From positions 372,001-436,000 of the forward strand of contig QPGO01000060.1 of the NCBI GenBank assembly GCA_008632985.1: a DNA stretch of 64,000 bases. The letters are read 5' to 3'. The stretch's first letter is position 1. Every line of letters starts with the position of its first letter. The notes beneath the pieces were generated by a model that saw nothing but the letters and a program-made list of their open reading frames with translations, was not told the origin of the DNA and made no database searches. Both the position numbers and the translations under genes were made by a program. Shown in pieces: positions 12,001 to 24,034 of this stretch. The DNA is from Psammoneis japonica. Taxonomy: Eukaryota.

Positions 12001-15000
12001 TGCATCACCTTGCTCCACAATGGCCAGACCAAGGTTCTTGTTGGTCACACAGATTGCAAATCTTCAGTCCTTTTGCACTGGACTGTGGAGGGCTTGACAT
12101 TGTCTTGGGGAGAGATTGAAGTGAGATTTTCTCTTGGAGGCTTGTCAGCTGCCACAGTCTGCTGCATTCACAAAGTCCATCATGCAAAGTTCAATGGACC
12201 CAGTTTCTGCCAGTGGAGGAGGGGGTTGAAGCTGGATGGGACACAGATGTTGGGATCACAGTCTTTGTTGAGGTCCAAGACTGAGTTGTCGATGAAGTGT
12301 TTCAGGTGCATGGACAGCTGCAATCACTGTGTGCCTCATCTGTCACAAGGGAAAGATTTTGCTGACTTGGTGCAGAACTCATGGCCAAGACTGGGACAGT
12401 GCATCTAATCAATGACATCAAGACACAACAGAACAAGAGCACAGTTTCATTGCAAGATGTTGTTGGCCTGAAAACAAAGCCCTTCTGCTCCACCAATCAG
12501 AACTCTTCTTTTGCTGGGTCTCCATCAGCCTGAACTTTTGGCTTGACCCCTGCCTTGTTGGGCAGCTGCTTGCCTTGTTGCTCTGCTGCTGAAGCAGCTT
12601 TTGTGCACAAGCATTCATGGCAAACTCTCTCAATTCCAGTGGCAAACTTTCATCCAGATGCATTGAAAAGCATGATCCCCTGGTGAGTTGAGAAAAATGC
12701 AAAAGCCAACGATGAACAAAATCAGCAAGACGAGTGGGCATCCAATGATTTCCATCCAGGTTTTTGAAAAGTGACATGCAAGGACAACAGGCCAGCAAGC
12801 TCACTTGCAGCCAATTGCATGTGGCACTGCATTGTCATGGAGAAATGAATTCAACAGAAGGTCCGGTGCTGTTTCATGCACTGCAGCAGGTTTTGCTCCA
12901 ACCCAACCAACTGACAAAGGAAAGAGCTCTGCTTGAATGCAAAATTTGCAGCAAGGTGATGAGATGAGTTCATCATGCACAGCAACAAGTGTGTGACTTG
13001 TTCCTCAATTGTGGAAGTGTGCATGTTGTGTGCAGCTGTCATGGAGCTGAGTGCACTGATGGCATGCTTTTGACAACAGAGAAAAGAACAAATGACAACA
13101 CAATGAAAGGCTTTTTTCATTGAATGCTGCTTCACAAAATGGCCAGCAGCAAAAAAAGGAAACTTTGAAAGAGAGGAGAGGGCTCCATGATGGGGGCTGG
13201 TTGATTTCATTGTTCCACATGGGAAACATCTGATTGAATGGTGGGACCCTCTTTGCAAAGAGCTGTCATGAAATGGGCAATGCAAAGAGTCAATCACCCA
13301 ACAATGATGGTGTTGGTGAAGCCTTGTCTGATCATTCTTTTTGGCCATGCACCTGGCACAGACCCAGATGACAAAAGAGCCTTCACAGAGAATGCACCAC
13401 TTGGGCTTGTCATCAAATGCAATCTTGGTTTCAAGAGCAGGGAATGGAGCAAAGTCACCCCAATTGGCCTTTCTCCTGTTGCCAGTTTGTGCTTTGATTC
13501 AATGAGATGTTGCTTCTTTGCTGCAAGTGACATCCAATTGTTTGACATGGCATGTGAACCATTCACACACTGTTGGTGTCCATCAACAAATTTCACAGAA
13601 TGGTTGGCAAAATCTGATCTGTGTCACTTGCCATTCCCAGAGCACAAGGCCTGTTTGGCCATTTGCAAGTTGCTGTGTGGCAAGCACAAGGCACCCACCT
13701 TCACAAAGGCTTTCACCAAGCCTGGGTGATTTCCAATTGTGGTTTCATCTGGATCCAAGCAGGTGCCCCACTCACCTTCATTGATCAGTTCCACACCCAC
13801 CAGAGCTGGTGGCCAGACAGCACAATGCTTTGGGATTGGGAGCCAGCGGCATTTGGCTCCCTGACAACACTGCAGCCCATGGCGAAGCACCGCTTCTCAC
13901 CTTGCAACATGGTCATGTCAAGCCTGTCATGCTGACTGAACTGGCTCCTGTCTGGCAACACCACATCCCCAGCTCCACTTGGTGCACACTCATTGTGTGG
14001 TCAAACCCACATGACACTGCTGCCAACTCTGACTTGGAATCCATGGGTGGCTTCCCTCACCACAAGCATGCCAGATGCAGTCATCTTGTGAACACGTGCA
14101 TTTTAAAGTGCCACAAGTTGCTTTCAATGGGAGCACACTGAAGTTGTTCTTGTTCCTCACATTTGAAAATGTTTGCACATGTCAGTTGGCAATTGTTGTT
14201 CATTGGCACTTGCTGGATGACAAGCACTTCATGATCACACACCAACCACATTGAGCAATGTTCTTTTCACTGCCAAATGAAAAGGTCTGTGTTTGTGCAC
14301 TTTGTCAGTTGCTGGATTTTGTTTCATCAATTGAGTGTCCTTCTTCAATGTGGTCAACCACCAAAGTGTGATGACAATCTTTGCTGGGCAATGTTGTGCA
14401 AGTTCATGCAGATTCAAGCAAGCCTGTGCAAGTTTGTGCACGCAAGGTTGGATGCAAGATTGCACCCAGGTTGGTTTTTTTGCTGCCAGCAAACATTCTT
14501 GAGGCATGTGTTGCACAACATGATGACTTCATTTCATCAGTGGAAACAACCAACGTTCTTGAGTTGCTCTGCTTTCATTCTTCTTAGATGTCATTTTGTG
14601 TCCAAATCACTGAGTCTGAAAAACTCCGTGGAAGTTCATGCAAGCCAGCGCAAGCCTGTGCAAGCCTTCCTTCCTGTGAACATCAGTTTGGAAATCAGAC
14701 AAAAAGCACTGCACTTTGCAACATCACCAAAATTAGACAATGACTCCACAGCATGTGAGTTGAAGTAAAATCCAGTGACAAAATGAAGCACACATCTGAT
14801 CATGACCTTTCATTTGTTTGTGGCTTGTTGACAGTGACACAGCACACAATGTAATTTCTCATTGTGTGACATTCTTTGTCATTTGGGCAATGATTTGTCT
14901 GATGTGTGCACTCACATCTCCGCACAGCATGGTGAGTCAACCTGCATGTCAAGCACATGTGAATGGAGTGTTGCACAAGAACACATTTTTTGGGCCACCA

Positions 15001-15099
15001 ATCTGGCATGCCCAGAATGCAGTGCTCTGCTGTCCATGGACACACCACCAAAAAGACAACCAGACAACATCACAGCAAACCACCACAAACAAACCAACT

Positions 15100-16420
15100 G
15101 CCACCATCCCGCATGCATGATTGCCATGCAGCACCAGCAATGCTGCTGTTGCCTTGTCATCAAAGACCACCTGCCTGGCCCCACTGATGTCATGTTGGAT
15201 GATGCCTCATGCCTTTTCAGCCCCAACACTCACAAGCTCCTCTGTCACTTTGACAAAACTTGTTCACAGAACAAACCATGGCAATTGCTGCTTTCTGCTG
15301 TCACCTCTGCACTGCTCAACAATGTGTCAAAGCTGGAGCGGCATCTTCACAATCCAGTGCCACTGAGGGACAATGACAGACATGGGTTGAGTTCTGCAAA
15401 GCCCGCTCCCTGGATCCTGCCCTTCAAGAGTTTGATGATCCTTTTTCCATCCTCCAAGTCTTTGCCAGGCACTGCTGACTTGGGTCTCTTGCCCCCAGCA
15501 ATCACTGGGTCCAACCTCACACAGTGGAAGATGCCCTGCAAAGTGTCAGCCAAGTGTTTGCCGGCGGCAGTGGTGGCCCCAGACCCATGCAAGACCATCC
15601 AGGGTGACACAGACTTCCCACATTTGCTGCCAACTGGCCTGCTGCAAAAACAAATGCCCCAACCAAACTGGATGAAACCCATGCCAGGGCCTGTTTTGCA
15701 TGCACCATGGCTGCGGCAGTCCTTGCCATTGTGTCATTGAGGGCATGTGCATGGCTGACATGATTGCTCTGGCCTTTTTCTTCCTGCTCTGCCCCAGCAA
15801 ACACACCCTGCCCCATCTGACACTGCTCCTTTTCATCCAGGCAATTTCAACAGTTCACCAAGCTTGTTCACCACAACCTGCAGACTGCTGCCAAAGCTGA
15901 CCTGTGGGCACCCACCTTCACCACCCTTGAATTCACTGTGCAGAAGAGTGGAGTCCATGACAGAGTCATTGGCCTCTCTCAGTGGGGACCCACAGTTCTG
16001 CCCAGAGCTGATGCCAGTGTGATGTGTGCTTCACTTGTGCCAGCATGGTGCTGATCCCACCACTCCACTGGCATCATGCCATGAAGGCGTTGCCTTCAAG
16101 CTGGCAAAACCCACCAACCCTGCTTGCACCTTGTGCTCAGTGACTTGACTCCACCTGCAGTGCTTTGCCCAAGGATGTCTCCACTTGCTCCCTCCATGCC
16201 TGTGGTGCCACAGCCCTCTTTTGTGTGCAAGAAGTTGACCCCAACATCACTTGCCACAATGGACATTGGAATTCTGACAAAAATGCTGTGCCATCTCCAT
16301 GTCCAAGCCAAAGCTGTCATGCAAAATCTTTCTTCCCAAATGCCCTCCAATGTGACCTGCTCCCTGATTCCCAACCACAAAGTGCCCCTCTGTGCGGAGC
16401 ACACATCCCATGTTGCACTC
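15100..16420 (+). mobile_element. Degenerate tyrosine-recombinase retrotransposon (Ngaro/DIRS-like): end of RNase H plus YR domain
   Basis: DHLPGPTDVMLDDASCLF (consensus YIPGP.N.MADDASRL), ADMIALAFFFLLCPSKHT (AFFFLLRPxEYT), SLHACGATALFC (SLRAGGATAL), GHWNSD (GRW.SD) and MLCHLHVQA (MLRYLHVQA, catalytic Tyr read as His). Confidence 0.8.
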
Positions 16421-16470
16421 CCACCACCCACAATGTTGACAGCATGTCTTCTGCTCTCCACTGAAGTGTC

Positions 16471-16925
16471 CAGGAACTCAGCTTTGCAGCCAGTTTTGTG
16501 ACAAATGGGTCTGGAGCTCAAGCTCCACAAATGGACCTCTGCCACCAGACTAGATCAGTTTGATGCTGGAGTCAGCTGTGCTGTTTGAAGTGGCAACAGC
16601 TGCTGCAGAACAGGGAAGATGATGCAACAAGGGCCATTGACCAGCTTGAGTCTGTCCAACCAGGGACAGATGCCCCATGCCTGTCACTTGCCAGACCAGC
16701 CAATCACTCATGTTGGCAACTGATCGGTCTCATTCTTCATTGTTGTTGCAACAACAAGGAGTCAGGTGGCTTTAAAGGACCCTTTCACCCACCCCCCCAG
16801 GAACTGGCTCTTTGCAGCCAGTTTCTTGGCAAATGGGTCAGGAGCTTGAGCTCTGTAAATGGACCTCTGCCACCAGACTGGTTCAACACTGGAGCCAGCT
16901 GCACAGTTTGAAGTGGCAACTGCCG
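16471..16925. repeat. Diverged direct repeat of about 130 bp (16471-16605 and 16798-16925)
   Basis: Both copies share CTTTGCAGCCAGTTT, AAATGGACCTCTGCCACCAGACT and GTTTGAAGTGGCAAC. Several differences are CA versus TG. Confidence 0.85.
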
Positions 16926-19154
16926 CCACTTGCATTTCAGGATTGACTGGCTGCCTGAGTTGTCATCATGACACATGGCTGCAAATGATGGAAAGTCATG
17001 ACTGCTTGTTTCCTTTGCCACACATGGTGGGGAACAATGACAGTGAGACAGGCAAAAGCAACATCTTTTCACAATCTCAGCACAGCTTGACAAAACAAAG
17101 AACAAAATGCTGCTGTTCTGTGATGTTGCCACATGGCCTGCCGGCAGTGCATTTTGCAGTCAGGAGCTTGCACTCACAGGAGGTTGTTTTCTTTTGTCAA
17201 CCTGGTCTCATTCACTGCTTTTTTATCTGGTGCCCCTCTTCTTTTCTTGGTGACAGCCCCTTTTTCAGGGACTGAGGCTTCATGTTTCCCGGCTGAGCTT
17301 GCAGGCTGATGTGAGTCTGAGTCTTGTGCCATCATGCTTTCTTCCTCACATCTGTTTGAAGCAGAAAGTGTGGTTTGCTTGCATGCTTTCCAGGCACATC
17401 CTCATTGTCTGAGATGGTGCCAACTCCTGTCACCCCCTTCCTTCCAAAAGAGCCACAACCAGCTCAGAATGAGATGGTGGTGGCTCCACCTCTCACATGA
17501 CAATCTCATTGTGAAAATCTGTGCAACCCACAAAACATGTCAAGGCTTTGAGGACTGGGGGTCATTGCAGAAATGTGTTGCACCATGCATCTTGTCTTGG
17601 AGCCAGGTCAATTTTGACCCCATGGAAGGGTGCTTTTCATTGCTGCATCCTGCTGCATTCATGACATCATGAAGCAAGGAATTGCTTGAAACAAGATGAT
17701 GCCTCATCTGGTGACTCATCTCAGGTGTTCATGACAATCTTGGCAATCTTCTTGTTCTTGAGTGCACCACAGATTTTTCATCACTTTGCTGCTCCATTTG
17801 GAGCTTCTTCAATCATTTTTTCATGTTTCCCTTGTTGCCACAACTTCTGTTCCTTCCATGTGGCAACTCCATGACAAGCTCGGTTGTCCTCTTTGTCTTT
17901 TGCCTCTGGTGCAAACTGTGCTCATCGGCTGTGTTGGAGATGTGCACTCTCCCAGCTGTCAAAAACATGTGAAACACTGTCACATTGTGCAAAGGACTGC
18001 CATGGCTTCTTTCATTTGTTTTCAGTTGCTGCAACAATGTGGGCGCAACAACAGAGACAACAGTGGCAGCTGCCAAGCCTCGGAAGTCACTCGAGGCTTT
18101 GCAATCTGAGCTGCAAGTTGTTGCATGTCAAGCAAATTGAAGTTAAAAGGTGCTGGATTAATTTTTGAAGGCACCAAGGGCAGTGCATCCCCCCCAAGGG
18201 GGCAAGCCCCCACACATGGCATTGACAGTGGAGCTGTGAAGCCTGCGGCGGGTGCTGGGCCTGCTTGAGCTGCCCAAAGGCGCAGCAATCAATCTGCTGA
18301 CCTGGCACACTGCCCAAAGCTTGCTGTGGCCACACATCAGCACCCTTGTTTTTTGTGCAACCCAAGCCAAGTGCATGAAGAGTTTGTTGAAAGAATCTGT
18401 GAACATTTGTGCAAGAATCAGAGGTCAAGCACAAGGGAGCAAAGTTGGGAGGAAGGGCTTGAGTGTCAGCCATGGCAGGTCTGTGCTGGACATCAGCTGG
18501 GCAGGCTTTTGGCAAGCAAGGCTGAGCTCAGAAGATCTGTCATCTGCACACTCTCAAACCAGATGATGTGTTTTCATGCATGCCAGCTGTGCCACACCTG
18601 TGTTGGTCATTCCCAAAGTGCGTGCTTTGAGATTTTTGTGTGATGACCTCAAGCCCAGCTGAAGCTGGACAGAGTGCACTGCTTTGTTTTCCTCAACAAA
18701 TGAAGTCCTTGGTGTCACGAATCCCATGGACAAGCTAAAGCACAAAGGTTTTCCGTTGATTGCTGTGGTGCCAAATGTTGTGTGTTGGACAGTCGCAGTG
18801 TCGGTCATTGTGCATGCACCGCAAGCAAGCATGAGCATGGTAGCGCATGCACTCGCTCATGATGGTTGTCAGTCTGCAGTCACGCTTCCACGCGATGCCT
18901 CTTATCTTCATCGACTAATTTCTATTCCAAAGAACATAGAAAATATAAAAAAGCAACTCAATTCAAGGTCAAAATCGAGCAATATTCGGCGATTGCAGTG
19001 TTCTCTTTCCTGAGGCCTGTATGTGGCTGTCACAATGCCAGAGACAACGAGAGGACAATGGCGGTAAGAAAAACGTGATTGTTTATCACTGAAAGCTTGT
19101 GAATATGCCTAAGTTAAGTGACATATCTCATGTTAAGTCATTTTTGTTGCAAAG

Positions 19155-20879
19155 ATGTTACACGATGCGCCCAAAGAACACCAAAACACGACTTATGCCA
19201 ATCAGCACATTCCTCGATTTCTGGACAGCAAATCATCGGCACAGACAGCCTTTGTTCTTCAACATGTTTCGGACGGATCAAAGTTAACCGCATCTGCTCT
19301 CTTAGATGAAAATGTACCGCTTACATTATCGAAACCAATACTCGTTACGGACACGGCAAGGTCGATTGGAATGCAGGTGCCAAGCTCGAAAAAGAAAAAC
19401 GAGGTCTTTACCGTGCGAGACGTGATGAATGTCGTTGGTCCGCATTATCCCTTATCTGTCATTGACGTGGCACTTCAAGAAGAACTGAGTGGCTGGACGA
19501 TTCAGGACTTGGTGGATTATTTTGAAGATGAAACACGCAACAAAGGTGCTAGTACAGAACAAAAACAAAACTCCAATCGCCCACAACGAGCTGCCGCGGC
19601 ACGCGCCGCTAATACTCAAGCAGCTGGGCGACCCAAGGTTTTGAATCAAATCTCCATGGAATTTTCCAAAACGCCTCTACACCGTATGGTTTCTTCTCCA
19701 CAGTTTGTTCGTGATTTAGATTGGATCGATCAGGCGTGGCCTGTTTCTGAAAAGAAAAAGGGACAATATCCTGTTGTGCAATACTATTGTTTGACGTCAA
19801 CCGCGGGTTGCTATACCGACTTTCATATCGACTTTGGAGGTTCATCCGTTTGGTATCATGTTTTGAATGGACAAAAGCAGTTTATCTTGATCCCGCCTAC
19901 AAATGAAAACCTTCAAGCCTACGAAGAATGGCTATGCCATGCCAGTCAGGCCCAACTGTTCTTTGCAGACATGGTATCTCCTGAAAGTGTCTTCAAGGTG
20001 ACCTTAGAGGCAAATCAGACTCTCATCATTCCAACTGGTTGGATTCATGCCGTTTACACGCCGATTGACTCTGTCGTAATTGGTGGCAACTTTTTGCATG
20101 GTCTTCAAATGGAGTTGCAGCTTCAAGTGTATTGCATTGAAACACGTGCCAAGGTGCAGGAGCGCTTCCGCTTTCCACACTTTTGTGCGCTCCAATACCA
20201 TGCTGGTGGGAACTACTTGCGTGAGATGCGGAAGGGAACCATTTCCAAGACTGAACTCGAGGGAATACCTACGCTCGTGAGGGCCTTGAAGACGTGGTGG
20301 AAAATGCACTCCAAACAGGATGCCACTGGTAACATCTCGCCGGCGGGGGCGGCAATGTTTGCAGCAAAGCACTGCAAGTGTGCTACTGTGGAGAATATGC
20401 TGGATGCTTTGCAGTCGGAATATGATCGAAGCGTGAAAGAGGGGATAAGTGCCGCCCCCGTGACCTCAAAGCCGGCCATGGCAGCATCTCCAAAATTGCG
20501 CTTGAAATTAAAAAGTGCAGGAAGCTCTCCATTGATTGGTGACATTGATGATAAAGATACTCCCACAATCATGAAAATGGAGGAGAAAGACGAAGATACG
20601 ATTCCAAAAGACAACAAGTTTCGAATTGTCATTGCCCAGAGCTCTAGCTACGCACTCGCCGCCGCACCGACAAAGCGCAAACAAAGGGAAGATGTGGATG
20701 GGATGACTGTGTTTGGTGATGACGAGGAATGGAAGCCATCGGGTGGAAGTGGCAAACGCCGTGCGTCGGACGCCCCGCCTCGTAAAACGTCAAGCGTGTC
20801 ACGACAGTTTGGGTCGCCAACCAAGAAGAAGAAGGCAGCAACCACGTCACGACAGCGTCTTATGAAGCGGTTTCGCTGA
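19155..20879 (+). CDS. JmjC-domain histone demethylase (KDM2/JHD1/PHF8-like)
   Basis: GCYTDFHIDFGGSSVWYHV, KQFILIPPT and IPTGWIHAVYTPIDSVVIGGNFLH give an intact HxD...H iron-binding triad; basic C-terminus. A tiny upstream exon is possible (ATGGCG then GTAAG near 19058-19068). Confidence 0.93.
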   Translation: MLHDAPKEHQNTTYANQHIPRFLDSKSSAQTAFVLQHVSDGSKLTASALLDENVPLTLSKPILVTDTARSIGMQVPSSKKKNEVFTVRDVMNVVGPHYPLSVIDVALQEELSGWTIQDLVDYFEDETRNKGASTEQKQNSNRPQRAAAARAANTQAAGRPKVLNQISMEFSKTPLHRMVSSPQFVRDLDWIDQAWPVSEKKKGQYPVVQYYCLTSTAGCYTDFHIDFGGSSVWYHVLNGQKQFILIPPTNENLQAYEEWLCHASQAQLFFADMVSPESVFKVTLEANQTLIIPTGWIHAVYTPIDSVVIGGNFLHGLQMELQLQVYCIETRAKVQERFRFPHFCALQYHAGGNYLREMRKGTISKTELEGIPTLVRALKTWWKMHSKQDATGNISPAGAAMFAAKHCKCATVENMLDALQSEYDRSVKEGISAAPVTSKPAMAASPKLRLKLKSAGSSPLIGDIDDKDTPTIMKMEEKDEDTIPKDNKFRIVIAQSSSYALAAAPTKRKQREDVDGMTVFGDDEEWKPSGGSGKRRASDAPPRKTSSVSRQFGSPTKKKKAATTSRQRLMKRFR

Positions 20880-21008
20880 TGTCAAAGTTAAATTGGCTCA
20901 ATCATGCTGCAAACGTTTTACGTGTACATATGAAAAAAGTTTAATAACTCATAAAATAGTTCTCCCATGTTAGCTTTCCACTACGCTCCCCGGTATGTGA
21001 GTGAAAAC

Positions 21009-23584
21009 TCAATATGACTTTAGGTACTTCAGCAGCTCCATGTGCTTCTGCTTGACAAGACGAAGTAGTGCAATTTGTCGGTCGATCCCCAATGTATGAG
21101 ATGCCACCATTTCCTGGACTGCCTTGTGGATCGCTCTTGTAGCTCTTCTTGGAAGAAGCGGCGAGCAGTAATCCAAGAGCGTCAGATAGGAGTGCACGTG
21201 AAGAACGAATTCACCAAGTTGGGTAGAAGGTAGAATCGTTGCGATAGTTGTCACTGATTCCACCTGCGACTCGTTCACATCTTGTCCAACCGTCGCATTC
21301 ACCGGGGGAGCGGCAAGCAGAAAATCTATCTCCATTTCGTCAAGGTATTCAGCCATCTCTGCATGGACGCCCTTAACTGATCGAATTGTCTTCGTTTTTA
21401 TGGTGAAGAGAGACCGATATATTAACCGTGTGCCAATCAAGACAATCAACACAGCTGGAATTGCTGCTAGGATTTGCATGTTGAGTCGATTGGCATCTAT
21501 GAGCACATCAATGCTTGCCATTGCGTGTAGAAGGCCCGCTTTCAGCTGCTGCACCTGAACTAACATGAGGCGAGGCAAACCACCCTTTACGACCCCAGAG
21601 AATATTCCACTCTTGATGTAATTTTCGTAGTGTCGTGAAGCTTTCTGTAATGCATCCTTTCGGGTAGCCGCCGTGCCGTCACCAAAACCGCAATTCTTCA
21701 GCATATTATCGAGACTCTGTTCTTCGTTGTCAATGTCGAAAGCTTCAAGAAGTCCGGGGTCTTTGTTCATCAACCCTTGAATGATACCATAAAAGGGAAT
21801 CCAGAAACGCTGCTTAAATATGGTCCACAAAATTTGGGATGACTCAATTCGCATCTTGTTGAGTTTCGGCCAATACGGCACAACCACATTATGAACAATG
21901 TTGGCAAATGAAATCATGAGCAAAGCTGAAGGGATCCCAAAAACGTTAACTCGCTGAGCCCAGAACTTTATCAACGAGGTCTCAGACAAAGTAACTGTCC
22001 TCCCTTCCCCAACGTGCTTCACTGATTCAAGATTATCGACCAAATCTAGTACTGCTAGCCACTGCTTGTGAAGGTCTCTAGACGTCTCGCTGTCAAAACT
22101 GCACCAACTTTCAATAATCTCCTGGTCGTCTCTGGTCTTGTCGTTATTGGAATTTGTCATGCTGGTTTCGATCGCGTCTCTGAGTACGTTGCAAAGCCTT
22201 AAGCGAGCTTCTTCTGTCCAGTTCTGAGCTTCTTCAAGCCAGGCGTCTGGATCAAAATCTTTGTTTTTTACAAGAGCATCCCAAGCTACATCATCGCGAA
22301 TCGTCGTGTCACCGTCATGTACACGAAGGGAGAATCTTCCACGACCTTCTGCATTGTACCGAAGGCTGTATCTTGAAAGTTTGGGCAGTTTCAGCTTCGA
22401 GCTCTGGCTTCCTTTCGCTTGCTCAGCCAATTCAGCAGCTGTCATGTTTCGACTCTTGATGATAGAATCCAGCAGTGTTTTATCCGTCATGTCGTCTGGT
22501 CGCTACGGGGAAAAACGAAAATTAGAAGTACTTTAGAATCAGAAGAATCAAGATGCCAAGGGCTAGTGATCCCTGACGAGGTACATACCTCCATAAGAAT
22601 TTGCTGAATAGAGCCAAGTCGAGCAATTTCTCCCTTGTATGCGGCGCTGGCAAAGGAATGACGCATACGATCACCTTCAATCGTCGCACTCATGAGGCGT
22701 TCAAACATCCACCCAACGTCGTCATTGATAGCGACTCTTCTCTGCCAGTGCTTTCTGTTTCTATTCAAACGTAGTGAGGTAGTCAGTAAGTTGTCTCGCG
22801 CTAATCGAAGCAGGGCATCTAGAGCTCTGATTTCTGCCGTCTTGACTGACATCTTGAGAATTAGATCCGTCGCTGTATCTTGAAAGGCCTCGTCCTCTCC
22901 AAGAGTCGTAGTTGTGTCAGTTCGAACGAGTTCCTGTTCTAATCTAGAGAGAGGCCCTGATATCTCCTCGACGAAGTTATACCTTGGGTTTCCGGGCTTA
23001 TATGAGACTGACAGGGCTTCCATTGCGGCATCTGCTTGTTGTGGTAGTTCATGCTGTTTCGATAGTCGCGATAGAGCGGATGTACACAGTCTCCGTCTAG
23101 TTCGCTCGACACCTCCATACACATCGTACGATTGATCATCAGAATCCATAGTGAGAGCATACCGTCTTGTGCGTCGCTTCTTCTTTCCTTCCTGCTTCAA
23201 AACTCCCTCCACAGACCCGACACGTGTTTTGTAGACCGTAAAAATTCGACCGGTCCATATCAACCGCAGAAATACGTACATTGTCACGATTCCCACAGGA
23301 GGCTTGTACATGACGATCTCATCGAATCGTTCCACATACTCCATTGCCCAGTCTGGGACATAGCGTTCAAGGCTGGACCACCACAGCTCGGGCTTTTTGT
23401 CTTGAACCATTGTTGGTGGAGGAGTGAAAGGATCAACGTCACATTTTTGGTCTAGAGCTATTGTTGCATCTTTGCTGCTGCTTCTTCTTCCCAGTCGGGG
23501 CTTCCATCGGCAGTCAATACCATTGATCAATAGAAGTACCGTGACGAACCGCAAAGTACATCGGAAAGAACAGCTCCGTCTCAT
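21009..23584 (-). CDS. NCA2/DGS1-family protein (nuclear control of ATPase 2); two exons, intron 22503-22588
   Basis: GGLPRLMLVQVQQLKAGLLHAMASIDVLIDANRLNMQILAAIPA resembles the NCA2 domain. A GT...AG intron joins ORF 22487..23617 to ORF 21009..22490 in frame (ILME|RPDDMTDK). Confidence 0.8.
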
Positions 23585-23681
23585 CGTGGAAACAAAACGC
23601 ACGTCTAGAGTCTGCAACTGCAGATAGAAAAAGCAGGAAAGCTCAAATACAGTAGCGCAGTCTAATAAAAATTAAATATAT

Positions 23682-24034
23682 CCCTGCTTATGCACACGAA
23701 CCACCTGGTGGTCCGTGTGCATTTTTGGGTGCACACGAACCACCTGGTGGTTCGTGTGCACCCTACGCAAAATGCTGCGTAGATTTGTACCGAATTAAAT
23801 CTGAATGCCTACATCTGCAGTAGGCTCTACGTGAAAACGCACTCGAAACAGTGTCCACCGAGCCGGCAGTCATGTGCCGGAACGTCGTGAAAAGTATTTT
23901 ATGTCTGAGAAAGAGTTCGTCAGGGCCGGCGAACAACACCCCTCTACGATGCGACTGGTATAAAATGTACGTAAATGCACAGGAACCAGCATGTGGTTCG
24001 TGTGCAAATTAGAGCTCGTGAAAAATAAGCAGGG
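23682..24034. mobile_element. Non-autonomous TIR element (MITE) with CCC...GGG ends flanked by ATAT, carrying internal palindromes
   Basis: ATAT-CCCTGCTTAT (23678-23691) and ATAAGCAGGG-ATAT (24025-24038) are exact inverted repeats. Three related 31-bp hairpins TGCACACGAACCACCTGGTGGTTCGTGTGCA lie near 23691, 23730 and 23976. Confidence 0.75.

Larger units (their letters stand above)
4200..18850. other. Hypermutated transposon block 1 (TpA- and CpG-depleted, CA/TG-rich)
   Basis: TA and CG are almost absent by inspection. The ORF track is dense with overlapping, nearly Tyr-free, Cys/His-rich ORFs. The block contains Copia, Penelope-like and YR-retroelement relics plus unclassified segments (4.2-5.6, 12.8-15.0, 17.0-18.8 kb). 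Boundaries are approximate. Confidence 0.9.

Noticed and set aside
4163..19013. Numerous Cys/His-rich ORFs that resemble zinc-finger or metal-binding proteins
   Set aside because: Artefacts of TA/CG loss: TAA/TAG stops are erased and Tyr/Arg codons become Cys/His. They overlap in all six frames.
463..20879. Functional cluster of chromatin genes (DNMT and JmjC) bracketing block 1
   Set aside because: No evidence beyond adjacency; TE blocks commonly accumulate between unrelated genes.
23691..23760. CRISPR-like repeats
   Set aside because: Only two adjacent palindromes separated by 8 bp, inside a TIR element in eukaryotic DNA, with no cas genes.
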